Assembly: GCA_900541415.1 (NCBI GenBank)
Contig: UQJP01000023.1
Coordinates: 3,544-67,543, forward strand
DNA length: 64,000 nucleotides
DNA from: an uncultured Odoribacter sp.
GTDB lineage: Bacteria > Bacteroidota > Bacteroidia > Bacteroidales > Marinifilaceae
Direction of reading: 5' to 3'
Part shown: positions 1 to 10,051 of the stretch, piece by piece
Position numbering within the stretch: position 1 is the first letter of the stretch
Layout of the letters: each line of letters starts with the position of its first letter
Program-made: the position numbers and the translations under genes
The notes under the pieces: model-generated
What the model saw: only the letters and a program-made list of their open reading frames with translations
What the model was told of the DNA's origin: nothing
Databases searched by the model: none

Positions 1-201
1 TTCGGAATTTTTGGTATTATAACCTTTACCTGTTTTTGCTTGTCCTTTGGATATGTCCCAATCATTGGGGTGAATGTCTATTTTGCTACTGAATTGAGTG
101 TTTGAGCCATCTACGGTCACCCGTAGCATGATCGTTACGTTCCCGTTTTTTTTCGGTTCATTCTTTTTGAGATAGAATAGAATCTTAAATGTACTTTTCA
201 T
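1..201 (-). CDS. Tyrosine recombinase/integrase, N-terminal arm-binding domain (partial; continues left of window)
   Basis: Not in ORF track. Minus-strand ATG at 201 reads MKSTFKILFYLKKNEPKKNGNVTIMLRVTVDGSNTQFSSKIDIHPNDWD..., open to the window edge. This is a typical Bacteroidetes integrase N-terminus, next to a tRNA 3' end. Confidence 0.85.
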   Translation of the reverse strand, partial: MKSTFKILFYLKKNEPKKNGNVTIMLRVTVDGSNTQFSSKIDIHPNDWDISKGQAKTGKGYNTKNSE

Positions 202-400
202 ACTGTCTTTTTTTGTTCGTAAAACTATTTTGGTTTCTCGAAACAAGAGCAGACATCTGAAAGTCAAACAACGCCAAATCAATGACTTGATGTTAAAATG
301 TTACGATTCTGTTTTCGTAATTTACCGTAACGAATAAGTAACGATTTTGTGTCCTAAAGTGGCTTTTTTGTGTCTTCGGCTTGACTTGCCGGAAAAGAAA

Positions 401-433
401 AAAGCTTTCTAAAACATTAGTTTAGAAAGCTTT
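401..433. repeat. Perfect 13-bp inverted repeat with 7-bp spacer (tRNA terminator and/or recombinase core-type site)
   Basis: AAAGCTTTCTAAA-acattag-TTTAGAAAGCTTT; followed by a U-tract on the minus strand. Confidence 0.7.
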
Positions 434-468
434 GACTCAAATTGGCGAGGTTTTGTCTTACCTCTTTG

Positions 469-540
469 TGATCCCGTGGGGACTCGAACCCCAATCAAAG
501 GAACCGGAATCCTTCATTCTATCCATTGAACTACGGAACC
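469..540 (-). tRNA. tRNA-Arg (CCG)
   Basis: Reverse complement GGTTCCGTAGTTCAATGGATAGAATGAAGGATTCCGGTTCCTTTGATTGGGGTTCGAGTCCCCACGGGATCA: cloverleaf, TTCGA T-loop, anticodon CCG; TACTTTTG promoter just upstream (552-559, minus). Confidence 0.95.
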
Positions 541-572
541 GTTTTGCGCTACAAAAGTAGCAAATTTTAAAG

Positions 573-599
573 AAAAAGGAGGATTTTGTCCTCCTTTTT
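573..599. terminator. Intrinsic terminator after the exbB-exbD operon
   Basis: AAAAAGGAGGA-ttttg-TCCTCCTTTTT hairpin with A/T tracts. Confidence 0.8.
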
Positions 600-602
600 T
601 CT

Positions 603-1070
603 TTATTTGATTTTCTTTCTACTACCGTAGTTGATTTTCAGGGAGTTTGCTTTTCGCAATTCTTGTTTGATGTCAGTAACAATACCCATCGTCACTTCTT
701 CCTGTACTTTCAAATTGTTGATAATGCTGTTTCGGTCTTCCTCTTTGCGGGAGTCCTGCTCTGAGGCAACGAAAGCAGCTATATCTTGCAATGTAGCGAA
801 ACTGTCATTGAGCTGAATTCTTGGTTCTGTACCGTAAGCGCCCTGGTATTGAGGTGTCGGTTTACCTACGTAAATACTGCTGACTAATGATTTTTTTTCC
901 AATTTCACTGCCTGAGTTGCTTCCGGCATGTTATTTTGGATCATCAAAGTCACTTCGCGCATCGTGGTACTCACCATAAAGAAGAACAGCAACATGAACA
1001 CAATGTCAGGCAAAGAAGCCGTCGAAATAGCGGGTACTTCTCTTTTACCGTCTTTCTTAAATTTTCCCAT
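603..1070 (-). CDS. exbD: ExbD/TolR family biopolymer transport protein
   Basis: ISTASLPDIVFMLLFFFMV transmembrane segment with conserved Asp; in operon with exbB. Confidence 0.9.
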   Translation of the reverse strand: MGKFKKDGKREVPAISTASLPDIVFMLLFFFMVSTTMREVTLMIQNNMPEATQAVKLEKKSLVSSIYVGKPTPQYQGAYGTEPRIQLNDSFATLQDIAAFVASEQDSRKEEDRNSIINNLKVQEEVTMGIVTDIKQELRKANSLKINYGSRKKIK

Positions 1071-1636
1071 TATTTTTTCACGTTTTTAGGTTCAGCCTCT
1101 GAAATCTGGGTAGGGAGTAACAAACGAATCGCTTCCTGTTGGTCTTCATCGAGTTCGTCGTAATTCTTACCCCATTTTTCATTGGATTTCATATTTCTCA
1201 TTTCATTGAAAGCCGCCGTCAATTGGTCTTGTACTGCTACATACATCCGGTAGGATGTTCCCTTGTCGCTTTGGAGCGAAATAATACCTTTAGATACTTC
1301 GGCTTTACCGAAGAAAGGTATTTCTTTCAAATCCTTTTGAGGCAGGTCATCACTGTTGCTCGGATTCAGAATGAATTCTTTGGTTCTGTCTTTGAGAGTG
1401 GAAACGTCGGTAATTTCGTCGTTCACAGACAAAAGATCGTCTCTGTTTACCAATATTCTCAAGACATTTCTGCTTGCGACTTTCGGTGCTTCCACATTGT
1501 CCGGCTGATAAGGCGGGAGTTTTCTGTAGATACCGGAATCCACATTCATCGTTGTGGTAGCCAGAAAGAACACGAGCAACAAGAACGCGATGTCGGCAGT
1601 TGAGGTGGCATTAATTTCTGGTGTTTTTTTTGCCAT
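1070..1636 (-). CDS. exbD: ExbD/TolR family biopolymer transport protein
   Basis: INATSTADIAFLLLVFFL motif. Confidence 0.9.
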   Translation of the reverse strand: MAKKTPEINATSTADIAFLLLVFFLATTTMNVDSGIYRKLPPYQPDNVEAPKVASRNVLRILVNRDDLLSVNDEITDVSTLKDRTKEFILNPSNSDDLPQKDLKEIPFFGKAEVSKGIISLQSDKGTSYRMYVAVQDQLTAAFNEMRNMKSNEKWGKNYDELDEDQQEAIRLLLPTQISEAEPKNVKK

Positions 1637-1669
1637 ATTCTTGTTTTTTACCTATTCTCAAAGAAATAG

Positions 1670-2113
1670 TTATTTTATTTTTCTATAGATTTCTGAACCT
1701 GCGATTGCTAAGAATGCGCCACCGAACAGAATATACATTGTAATTAATATGGTATCTGAAAACTTCAACATAGAAGGAACGTTATCCGGTCCGGTGTATC
1801 CCGTAATTTTCATCGGAGTTCCGTCTGACAAAGCATAAGCAATCAGAATTATTACAACAACTACGGCCAACCCGATAAAACTTTTCATCGCCTGTTTCGG
1901 GCGGGTGAATAAGCGGGCAATTGGGAATATCAAAGCCACAACGATTGCAATGCCGAACAGAACATATGCCCAGTTCAGGAATGTTGCCGTATATACCGGG
2001 GTATCATATTGTTGGTTTGGTACACTTCCTCCGAACATGAACAAACCTAACAACACCGCAGTAATAACGAACATTGCAATGGTGACAATGTTTAATATTT
2101 TTTTGCTATCCAT
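1670..2113 (-). CDS. Hypothetical 4-TM membrane protein of the exbB-exbD cluster
   Basis: Four hydrophobic segments; lies between exbB and exbD. Confidence 0.8.
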   Translation of the reverse strand: MDSKKILNIVTIAMFVITAVLLGLFMFGGSVPNQQYDTPVYTATFLNWAYVLFGIAIVVALIFPIARLFTRPKQAMKSFIGLAVVVVIILIAYALSDGTPMKITGYTGPDNVPSMLKFSDTILITMYILFGGAFLAIAGSEIYRKIK

Positions 2114-2116
2114 GGT

Positions 2117-2905
2117 TTATTTGTTTTTTTGTTCGTATTTCACCAAAATATCCAATAAGCTTACAGAAGCATCTTCCATGTTGTTTACAATGCCTTCTAC
2201 TTTTGCGATACAATAGTTATAGAATACCTGCAGAATCATAGCTACGATCAAACCACCTACAGTTGTAATCAAAGCCACTTTAATACCTCCTGCAACCAAT
2301 GCCGGGCTCATATCTCCTGCTGCCTGGATGTTATCGAAAGCCTCGATCATACCGATTACAGTTCCAAGGAATCCCAACATAGGAGCCAGAGCGATGAACA
2401 ATCCGATCCAGGTCAATCCTTTTTCCAAAAGTCCCATCTGTACAGATCCGTAAGATACAACTGATTTTTCAACCATGTCGATACCTTGATCGTAACGGGA
2501 AAGTCCCTGGTAGAAAATACTTGCAACCGGACCTCTGGTGTTACGGCAAAAATCTTTTGCTGCTTCCAGTCCGCCGTTGGTCAATGCATCTTCAAAGCCT
2601 GTGATGAATTTTTTTGTATTTGTGTCAGAAAGGTTCAGGTAGATCACTCTTTCGATAGCGATTGCCAAACCGAAAATCAAACACAATACAACAGCTGCCA
2701 TAAATCCGGCTCCACCTTCGATGAATTTTTGTTTGATAGCTGCATGTAAAGTTGTGCTCTCAATTTCTTCATCATCGCTGAAAGAAGTTGCTGTCTGTGT
2801 TGTCTCGGCAGCAGCTGCAGTTGTTTCTTCTTCCTGAGCCATTAGTTTTGATGCTCCAATAGTAAGCATACCTAAAACTGCTATTAGTGCAAATAATTTT
2901 CTCAT
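2117..2905 (-). CDS. exbB: MotA/TolQ/ExbB proton channel protein
   Basis: APMLGFLGTVIGMIEAF and GGIKVALITTVGGL motifs; ATG at 2905. Confidence 0.92.
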   Translation of the reverse strand: MRKLFALIAVLGMLTIGASKLMAQEEETTAAAAETTQTATSFSDDEEIESTTLHAAIKQKFIEGGAGFMAAVVLCLIFGLAIAIERVIYLNLSDTNTKKFITGFEDALTNGGLEAAKDFCRNTRGPVASIFYQGLSRYDQGIDMVEKSVVSYGSVQMGLLEKGLTWIGLFIALAPMLGFLGTVIGMIEAFDNIQAAGDMSPALVAGGIKVALITTVGGLIVAMILQVFYNYCIAKVEGIVNNMEDASVSLLDILVKYEQKNK

Positions 2906-3039
2906 GATCAATTTAACTGATTTTTAGTTTATTAATAATTAAAATTTAACTCTCGTTTTCTACGCTCTCCTTATGCAAACCTTTGTGTGGCATTTTATTC
3001 TGTACCCACCAAAAGACGCGGCAAGGTACAAAAAAAATG

Positions 3040-4080
3040 TTAAAACCCAATATGATTGACACTAATTTCTCCCTTAATAGATGAATTTAAGTATTTTTTT
3101 ATTTCGTTAGAGTCTTCGTATTTGGCTAATAGGTGCATCATTTTACAGATCGCCGCTTCCATCGTGATGTCATATCCACTTGACACACCGTATTTTAATA
3201 ATTTCCGGCTGGTTTCATACCTCCCCATCTCCACCGTACCACCCAGGCATTGGGTGACATTGTAAATAATGATTCCGTTGTTCGCCGCTTCCTTTATTTT
3301 GGCCAGAAACACTTTGTCCGTAGGCGCATTTCCAGAGCCGTAAGTCTCCAAAATAACCCCTTTTATGCCCGGAGTCTTTACAATTGCTTCGATTATTTCC
3401 GGACGCAGGCCGGGAAATAGTTGCAGGATTGCGATTCCGGTGTTCATCGGGGTGAAAACGGATAGCTCCCCGGTACGGGGCGTGTAATCGATTGCCCCAT
3501 AATTATAATGTATATGAATGCCGATTTCTGCCAGTGGCGGATAGTTGAACGATTGGAAGGCGTCGAAGCTTTCCGCATTGACTTTGGTTGTCCTGTTGCC
3601 CCGGAATAATTTATCCCCGAATAAGATGCAAACTTCCGGAACAATGGCTTTGTCTTCCAGATAGGCTGCTGCAATTTCGAGGGCTGCGATCAGGTTTTCA
3701 CGTCCGTCGGTGCGGATGGTGCCGATGGGAAGCTGTGACCCTGTGAAAATAACCGGTTTGGTCAGGTTGTTCAGCATAAAACTCAGGGCCGATGCCGAAT
3801 AAGCCATTGTATCCGTCCCGTGCAGAATGACAAAACCGCAGTATTTCTCATAATTTTCCGTAATGATCCGGCAGAGGTTTTCCCAAAGATCGGGTTTCAG
3901 ATCCGACGAATCGATAATATCCGGCAGGGTGTAGCTGTCGATCGTGAAGCCGAATTCTTTAATTTCAGGAACGGCTTTGGCGATTTGTTCGAAGTTGAAC
4001 GGACACAGTGCCCCGGTTCCCGGATCGTTCACCATGCCGATTGTTCCCCCTGTGTATATGATTAATACGGATTTCTCCAT
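3040..4080 (-). CDS. ansA: L-asparaginase type I
   Basis: YTGGTIGM, HGTDTMAY and FTGSQ motifs. Confidence 0.93.
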   Translation of the reverse strand: MEKSVLIIYTGGTIGMVNDPGTGALCPFNFEQIAKAVPEIKEFGFTIDSYTLPDIIDSSDLKPDLWENLCRIITENYEKYCGFVILHGTDTMAYSASALSFMLNNLTKPVIFTGSQLPIGTIRTDGRENLIAALEIAAAYLEDKAIVPEVCILFGDKLFRGNRTTKVNAESFDAFQSFNYPPLAEIGIHIHYNYGAIDYTPRTGELSVFTPMNTGIAILQLFPGLRPEIIEAIVKTPGIKGVILETYGSGNAPTDKVFLAKIKEAANNGIIIYNVTQCLGGTVEMGRYETSRKLLKYGVSSGYDITMEAAICKMMHLLAKYEDSNEIKKYLNSSIKGEISVNHIGF

Positions 4081-4136
4081 TTGTCTTTGGTCGTGTTAAA
4101 CTGCCGGGAAATTTATTTTAGATAACCGGAAAAACA

Positions 4137-4922
4137 TCAATTTCCTTCACTGTTTTCGGTGTGCAAATTAAATAAATTCATGGCATTTTGTGTGGTTACC
4201 GCCTCTATTTTTTTTATGTCTTCTCCTGTCAGTTCTGCAACCTTTGCTGCAATCAGGGGAATGTAGCTGCTTTCATTCCGTTTACCCCGGAAGGGAACGG
4301 GCGCCAGATAAGGCGAGTCGGTTTCCAGCACCAGGTGTTCTACGCCTACTTTTTGTACGGCTTTTGCCATCAGGCTGTTTTTGAAGGTCACTACTCCGCC
4401 GATGCCTAATAAAAAGCCCATTTCACAGGCTAAAACGGCCTCTTCTTCATTGCCGGGAAAACAGTGCAGTATGCCTTTTATGTAGGGGTGGTTTTTTAGT
4501 ACCCGGAATATTTCGGGGAGCGCTTCTCTGGAATGGATGATTATGGGGAGGTTCATGTCTTTAGCCAGCCCCAATTGGTGTTCGAATGCTTTGATTTGTT
4601 CTTTGTAAGTGCTTTTATCCCAGTAAAGGTCGATACCACATTCGCCGATCCCATAGAACGTGTGTGTACCTAATTGTTTTTCTACTTCTGCCAGCTCTTC
4701 CCGGTAGTTTTTTTCGTGGACGGAAGTGGGGTGAAGTCCTACCAGCGGAAACATCACGTCGGGGTATTGACTTTCCAGTGCTAACATTCGTCCGCGTGAT
4801 TCCCTGTCGATGTCGGGCAGAACGATGCGTTTTACATTTGCTTCCAGGGCGCGTTGCACGGTGGCATCCCGGTCCTCCCGGAACTCTTCTTCATAGATAT
4901 GTGAATGTGTATCGATAAACAT
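4137..4922 (-). CDS. tatD: TatD family hydrolase/DNase
   Basis: MFIDTHSH, GLHP, IGECGID, IHSR, LETDSPYL motifs. Confidence 0.93.
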   Translation of the reverse strand: MFIDTHSHIYEEEFREDRDATVQRALEANVKRIVLPDIDRESRGRMLALESQYPDVMFPLVGLHPTSVHEKNYREELAEVEKQLGTHTFYGIGECGIDLYWDKSTYKEQIKAFEHQLGLAKDMNLPIIIHSREALPEIFRVLKNHPYIKGILHCFPGNEEEAVLACEMGFLLGIGGVVTFKNSLMAKAVQKVGVEHLVLETDSPYLAPVPFRGKRNESSYIPLIAAKVAELTGEDIKKIEAVTTQNAMNLFNLHTENSEGN

Positions 4923-5170
4923 ATTCAGCATGTTTATAATGGTCATTCTGGCAATTGAAAGCCTTTATGAATTTGTTTCGCTGTTTTCTGGAACGAAGAT
5001 AATAAAAAAGTTGAACGATAAGCAATGCGGGCATGAGCTTTTGTGGAAAAATCGAAGGATGGTCTTTGGGGTGGGTAAAGGCAGGCGTATGCCCGGAAAA
5101 GAAAGTGTGTTGCGTTTTATTCTGGCTGCCTATAATTCTTTATCCGGGAATGGACAGAATAAATAAAAAC

Positions 5171-5201
5171 AAACCCTGCGAAGACAACCTTCGCAGGGTT
5201 T
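5171..5201 (-). terminator. Intrinsic terminator of gdhA
   Basis: AAACCCTGCGAAG-acaac-CTTCGCAGGGTTT, 13-bp stem just after the gdhA stop. Confidence 0.85.
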
Positions 5202-5226
5202 ATATGTCGAACTGTTTTAAGACCGT

Positions 5227-6561
5227 TTACACATGCCCTTGAGCACACATGGCTTCGGCAACTTTGATAAAGCCTCCGATATTGGCTCCTTTTACATAGT
5301 CGATCTTGTCGCCTGTTTTTCCGTATTTCACGCAGGTGTCGTGTATTTCTTTCATGATATGCGACAGTTTTGCATCCACCTCTTCGGCTGTCCAGCTGTA
5401 ACGCATGGAGTTTTGGCTCATTTCGAGCCCCGATACGGCAACTCCTCCCGCATTGGCGGCTTTCCCCGGTGCAAAGGCAATGTGGTCATTCAGATATTTC
5501 ACCGCTTCGGCGGTACATCCCATGTTGGAGGTTTCCACCACCATCCGGCATCCGTTTGCCACCAATTGTCTGGCATCCGTTTCGTTCAGCTCGTTTTGTA
5601 TCGCACAGGGGAAGGCGATGTCGCATTTCACCTCCCAGGGTCTGCGTCCGGGAATGAATTTCGTTCCGAATTTTTCTGCGTAAGGTGCGACAATATCATT
5701 GTTGCTTGCCCGGAGTTCGAGCATATAATCCACCCCTTCCTGTGTCAATCCCTGTTCGTCGTAAATGTATCCGTCCGGGCCGGAGATGGTGACTACTTTA
5801 GCTCCTAATTGTATTAATTTCTCTGCTGCACCCCAGGCCACATTCCCAAAACCCGATAAGGTTACGGTCTTTCCTTTGATGTCGTCGCCTTTTTCTTTCA
5901 GCATGTGTTGTGCGAAATAAACTGCTCCGTATCCGGTGGCTTCGGGGCGTATCCTCGAACCGCCGAATTCCCGAGCTTTTCCGGTCAGTACCCCGGTGAA
6001 TTCATTGCATATCCTTTTATATTGTCCGAACAGGTAACCTATTTCCCTGCCTCCCACGCCGATGTCTCCTGCCGGAACATCTGTGTCCGGGCCGATGTGT
6101 TTGCAAAGTTCCGTCATAAAACTTTGGCAGAAACGCATCACTTCATTATCCGATTTTCCTTTGGGGTTAAAATCCGCTCCTCCTTTTCCACCTCCCATCG
6201 GAAGGGTGGTCAGGGAGTTTTTAAAGATTTGTTCGAATCCTAAGAATTTCAATCCGCCTAAAGTAACCGAGGGGTGGAAACGCAGGCCTCCTTTGTAAGG
6301 GCCGAGTGCGCTGTTGAATTGTACGCGGTAGCCCCGGTTGATCTGTACTTCTCCTTTGTCGTCGACCCAGGGAACACGGAAAATAATTACTCTTTCAGGT
6401 TCTACCATTTTTTCGAGGATTTTATTGGCTTTGTATTTGGGATTCGATTGGTAGGTATCCCATACGGTTTCGATAACTTCTTCTACTGCCTGATGAAATT
6501 CTGATTCACCAATTGTCCTTGCCTTCAAGGCGTCCATGAATGCTGTAATTTCCGGTTTCAT
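5227..6561 (-). CDS. gdhA: NAD(P)-specific glutamate dehydrogenase
   Basis: GPYKGGLRFH, PMGGGKGG, DVPAGDIGVG, GFGNV motifs. Confidence 0.96.
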   Translation of the reverse strand: MKPEITAFMDALKARTIGESEFHQAVEEVIETVWDTYQSNPKYKANKILEKMVEPERVIIFRVPWVDDKGEVQINRGYRVQFNSALGPYKGGLRFHPSVTLGGLKFLGFEQIFKNSLTTLPMGGGKGGADFNPKGKSDNEVMRFCQSFMTELCKHIGPDTDVPAGDIGVGGREIGYLFGQYKRICNEFTGVLTGKAREFGGSRIRPEATGYGAVYFAQHMLKEKGDDIKGKTVTLSGFGNVAWGAAEKLIQLGAKVVTISGPDGYIYDEQGLTQEGVDYMLELRASNNDIVAPYAEKFGTKFIPGRRPWEVKCDIAFPCAIQNELNETDARQLVANGCRMVVETSNMGCTAEAVKYLNDHIAFAPGKAANAGGVAVSGLEMSQNSMRYSWTAEEVDAKLSHIMKEIHDTCVKYGKTGDKIDYVKGANIGGFIKVAEAMCAQGHV

Positions 6562-6807
6562 GATGTATGTTGTTTAGTCAAAAAATGTGCTTCAAACGTT
6601 TTCGGTTCTCAAATTTATTTATTTATTTTTTATGGTAAAAGTTTTTGAAGTCAATTTTATGCTAATAAATGTCGATTTTGCTTTTGAATTGTTATTGAAA
6701 AATGGCTTTAATTGATAATCTGTAAGTTTTTCCGGGGTGAAAAATAAATAATCCGGAAACGGTTATTCCTATTGAAAACGGGTATCTTCTTTTTATTCAG
6801 AAAATAG

Positions 6808-6815
6808 TATATTTG
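6808..6815 (+). promoter_or_regulatory. Bacteroidetes sigma-A -7 element upstream of the GH20 gene
   Basis: TATATTTG matches TAnnTTTG, 30 nt before the ATG. Confidence 0.55.
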
Positions 6816-6844
6816 AAAACAAATTATAAAATGCGTTGTTGGTT

Positions 6845-8746
6845 ATGAAATTATCAGGTAAGTGTTTGATAACCTTTTGGGTATCTGTATTTTTTTCTTT
6901 TAGCTTGCTGGCCGGGGAACGGCAGGTGAGTATTATTCCCGTGCCTTCCAGTGTGGTGCCGGGAGAGGGTGAATATCTATTGCGTGGTGGTAAGGTGGCC
7001 TGTGTCCCTTTTAATGATGAATTAAAGGGGATTGTCCGGTATCTGAATCATAAAATAGAACCTGCATCGGGTATTAGCTTCACTCCTGTGGCATCCGGTA
7101 AAACGCCCGTGCGTTTGGAGTTGTTGGCAGATCAGGGCTTGGGAAAGGAAGGATACAGGCTTTCCGTAGGAAAAAAAGGAATTGTGATCGTTGCGGAAGC
7201 TCCTGCCGGATTGTTTTATGGCGTGCAGTCTTTGTTACAATTGTTGCCGCCCGAAGTGAAAAGCCGGGAGAGGGCCGGGCAGGTGGAGTGGACGGTTCCC
7301 TGTGTGGAAGTTAAAGATGTTCCCCGGTTTGGCTGGCGTGGGATGATGCTCGATGTCAGCCGTCATTATTTCAATAAAGAGGAGGTAAAGCAGTTTATCG
7401 ATGAGATAGCAGAATATAAGATGAATGTGTTTCATTGGCACCTCACCGATGATCAGGGATGGCGTATTGAAATCAAATCATTGCCGGAACTGACGCGGAA
7501 AGGAGCTATGCGTGCGGATCGGGTGGGCGACTGGTGGACCCGGGAACCTCAGCAACCCGGAGAACCTACTACTTACGGTGGTTTTTACACTCAGGAGGAT
7601 ATTCGGGAAGTGGTTGAATATGCCCGTGAACGCTACATCACGATTATGCCCGAAATCGATGTGCCCGGTCACAGCCTGGCTTTTTTGGTGGCCTATCCGG
7701 AATTGGCTTGTTTTAAAGCTCCGGAATATATTAACGTGGGAAACAAATTTTATGGTATAGATGAAAATAGCCTTTGTGCCGGAAATGATAAGACGTTCGA
7801 ATATCTGGAAAAAGTGTTTTCGGAAGTGGCGGCTCTTTTCCCTTCGCCTTATATTCATGTGGGGGGAGACGAGTGTTTTAAAGGGTTTTGGATGAAGTGC
7901 CCGAAATGCCGGGAGCGGATGAAACAGGAAGGATTGAAGGATGTGCATGAATTGCAAAGTTATTTTATCCGCCGGATGGAAAAGATTTTAAAGGCAAAAG
8001 GAAAGCGTCTGGTGGGTTGGGATGAAATCCATGACGGAGGATTGGCGCCGGAAGCCAATGTCATGTCGTGGCGGGGAACGCAGGGTGGTATTCAGGCGGC
8101 ACAGCAGGGACATCATGTAATTATGACTCCGAATAACCATTGCTATTTGGATTTGTATCAGGGAGAACCCACCGTTGAGCCTGCCACCTATTCTATGTGC
8201 CGTTTGAGTGATTCGTATGCGTTCCGCCCTGTTCCTCAGGGAGTGGATTCCACGTTTATTTTGGGAGGACAGGGGAATTTGTGGGCAGAGTCGATCCCCA
8301 CTTTCCGTCATGTGGAATATATGGCATGGCCCAGAGGCTGGGCATTGGCCGAGGTGTTGTGGTCGCCTGAAAAGTCCCGGAACTGGAACGATTTTATCCG
8401 GCGGGTAGAGGACCATTTCGGACGGGCGGACAATGCTGGGATTAATTATGCCCGCAGTATGTATAATGCTATTATTACCCCTTACCGGAATGGAGCCGGG
8501 GAAGTGGAGATCGAACTTACGACCGAACTCGACGGTTTGGATATTTACTATACTTTCGATAATACAAATGTCGACACTTTTTCAGCAAAATATGTGCGTC
8601 CACTGTCGATTCCCCGGAATGCTACCCGGCTTATCGTCCGGACTTTCCGTGAAGGGAAACCTGTCGGGCAGCAAATTGCCATCGAGGCAAAGGAATTGGT
8701 GAAGCGTGCCGGAAATAAAAAACGGGTGGTTGGTAATCTGGATTAA
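6845..8746 (+). CDS. Beta-N-acetylhexosaminidase (GH20) with signal peptide
   Basis: RGMMLDVSRH, HWHLTDDQGWR, PEIDVPGH and catalytic HVGGDE; C-terminal Fn3-associated-like region (IYYTFD). Confidence 0.93.
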   Translation: MKLSGKCLITFWVSVFFSFSLLAGERQVSIIPVPSSVVPGEGEYLLRGGKVACVPFNDELKGIVRYLNHKIEPASGISFTPVASGKTPVRLELLADQGLGKEGYRLSVGKKGIVIVAEAPAGLFYGVQSLLQLLPPEVKSRERAGQVEWTVPCVEVKDVPRFGWRGMMLDVSRHYFNKEEVKQFIDEIAEYKMNVFHWHLTDDQGWRIEIKSLPELTRKGAMRADRVGDWWTREPQQPGEPTTYGGFYTQEDIREVVEYARERYITIMPEIDVPGHSLAFLVAYPELACFKAPEYINVGNKFYGIDENSLCAGNDKTFEYLEKVFSEVAALFPSPYIHVGGDECFKGFWMKCPKCRERMKQEGLKDVHELQSYFIRRMEKILKAKGKRLVGWDEIHDGGLAPEANVMSWRGTQGGIQAAQQGHHVIMTPNNHCYLDLYQGEPTVEPATYSMCRLSDSYAFRPVPQGVDSTFILGGQGNLWAESIPTFRHVEYMAWPRGWALAEVLWSPEKSRNWNDFIRRVEDHFGRADNAGINYARSMYNAIITPYRNGAGEVEIELTTELDGLDIYYTFDNTNVDTFSAKYVRPLSIPRNATRLIVRTFREGKPVGQQIAIEAKELVKRAGNKKRVVGNLD

Positions 8747-9858
8747 CCGACGGTATAGTTTTTGCCCGGTAAGGCTATGATCTTTCCTTCCAATTCCAGT
8801 TTTAGAAATAAGGCGGACAGTTCATTTACGGGGATGTGGGTGGTGACGGCTATTTTATCGATGTGCATATTTCCTTTGTCGGCAAGTAGCTTGAGCACCA
8901 CTGTTTCGTTGTCGTCCGGACTGAAGAGGTCGAGTGTGGTTTGCCGGGGAGTGCCGGGAAATTGGCTTAATCCCAGAATGTTTGCTATATCTGTGGTGTT
9001 TTCGACCAGGGCCGCTACATTTTCTTTAATCAGGCGATTGCATCCTGCGGACCATTTGTCGTCCGGCCGTCCGGGAATTGCCATGACATCCCGGTTATAG
9101 GAAAGGGCGAGCCGGGCAGTTGTCATTGCTCCTCCTTTTTCTGCCGATTCCGCTACCAGAGTGGCCTGGCTCATGCCTGCGATGATCCGGTTGCGCTGCA
9201 GGAAATTGGTCGGTAGCACTTTAGCGTTGCAAGGAAATTCGGAAATCAATGCTCCTCCCGCTTCCAGAATCCTTTCTGCCAGTTTTTTATGTGATGCGGG
9301 ATAGATCATGTGCAGGCCATGTCCCAATACGGCGTATGTTTTCAGGTTATTGGCCAGGCTGGCACGGTGCGCAGCCGCATCGATGCCGAAAGCCAATCCG
9401 CTGACTATGGCGGGGCGGTGTCCTGACCGGGAAAGTTCTGTCAGGATCGTTTCCACTTTTGCCTGGCAGCGGGGTGTGGCATGACGGGTGCCTACAACGG
9501 CGAGGCGGACGGGAAAGGCGTTGATGTCCAGTATCCCTTTGTAGAAGAACACCAGGGGAGCATCTTCGCAATGTGCCAGCAGTTCGGGGTAATCCGCCTG
9601 ACCGATAGAACAGATGTGTATGCCGTGTTTGTCCATGTCTTCTAATTCTTGTCCGGCCTTTTCAAGTGCGAGGTTACGGTTGAGGGTGTAGGTGGATATA
9701 TGGGCTGTCCGGCAAAGGCTTTCCAGGGCTGCCGGGCTTTCTTTGAAAAAGCCTTCGATTCCTCCGCATTGTTCAAACAGCGGCAGAGAGGACTGTGTGT
9801 TGAATTTAGGTAGCATTGTCACGGCAACCTGGGTTAGGATAGAACTTTCCGGTGTCAT
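8743..9858 (-). CDS. dprA: DNA-processing protein DprA
   Basis: AVVGTR, IVSGLAFGID, FLQRNRIIAG motifs; C-terminal winged helix. Confidence 0.93.
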   Translation of the reverse strand: MTPESSILTQVAVTMLPKFNTQSSLPLFEQCGGIEGFFKESPAALESLCRTAHISTYTLNRNLALEKAGQELEDMDKHGIHICSIGQADYPELLAHCEDAPLVFFYKGILDINAFPVRLAVVGTRHATPRCQAKVETILTELSRSGHRPAIVSGLAFGIDAAAHRASLANNLKTYAVLGHGLHMIYPASHKKLAERILEAGGALISEFPCNAKVLPTNFLQRNRIIAGMSQATLVAESAEKGGAMTTARLALSYNRDVMAIPGRPDDKWSAGCNRLIKENVAALVENTTDIANILGLSQFPGTPRQTTLDLFSPDDNETVVLKLLADKGNMHIDKIAVTTHIPVNELSALFLKLELEGKIIALPGKNYTVG

Positions 9859-10051
9859 ATTACGGTTGTTTGGGGATGAGGAATTAGCGAATTTAATAAA
9901 TTTTTATTAACTATAAAATAGTTTAAAAAGAAAATATATTTAACTATATAGCGATGACGTGGAATTATAAATGAAAGATGAGGAATACTTTTTGTTGTCT
10001 ACTTTTTAAAATTTGCTATTAACTAATTACTTTTGTCATAAACTTCTACTT

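Larger units (their letters stand above)
1..468. mobile_element. Edge of an integrative element inserted at the tRNA-Arg(CCG) 3' end
   Basis: Integrase gene ~270 bp downstream of the tRNA 3' end, with an inverted repeat (401-433) and GTAACGA direct repeats (327-333, 338-344) in between. Confidence 0.7.
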
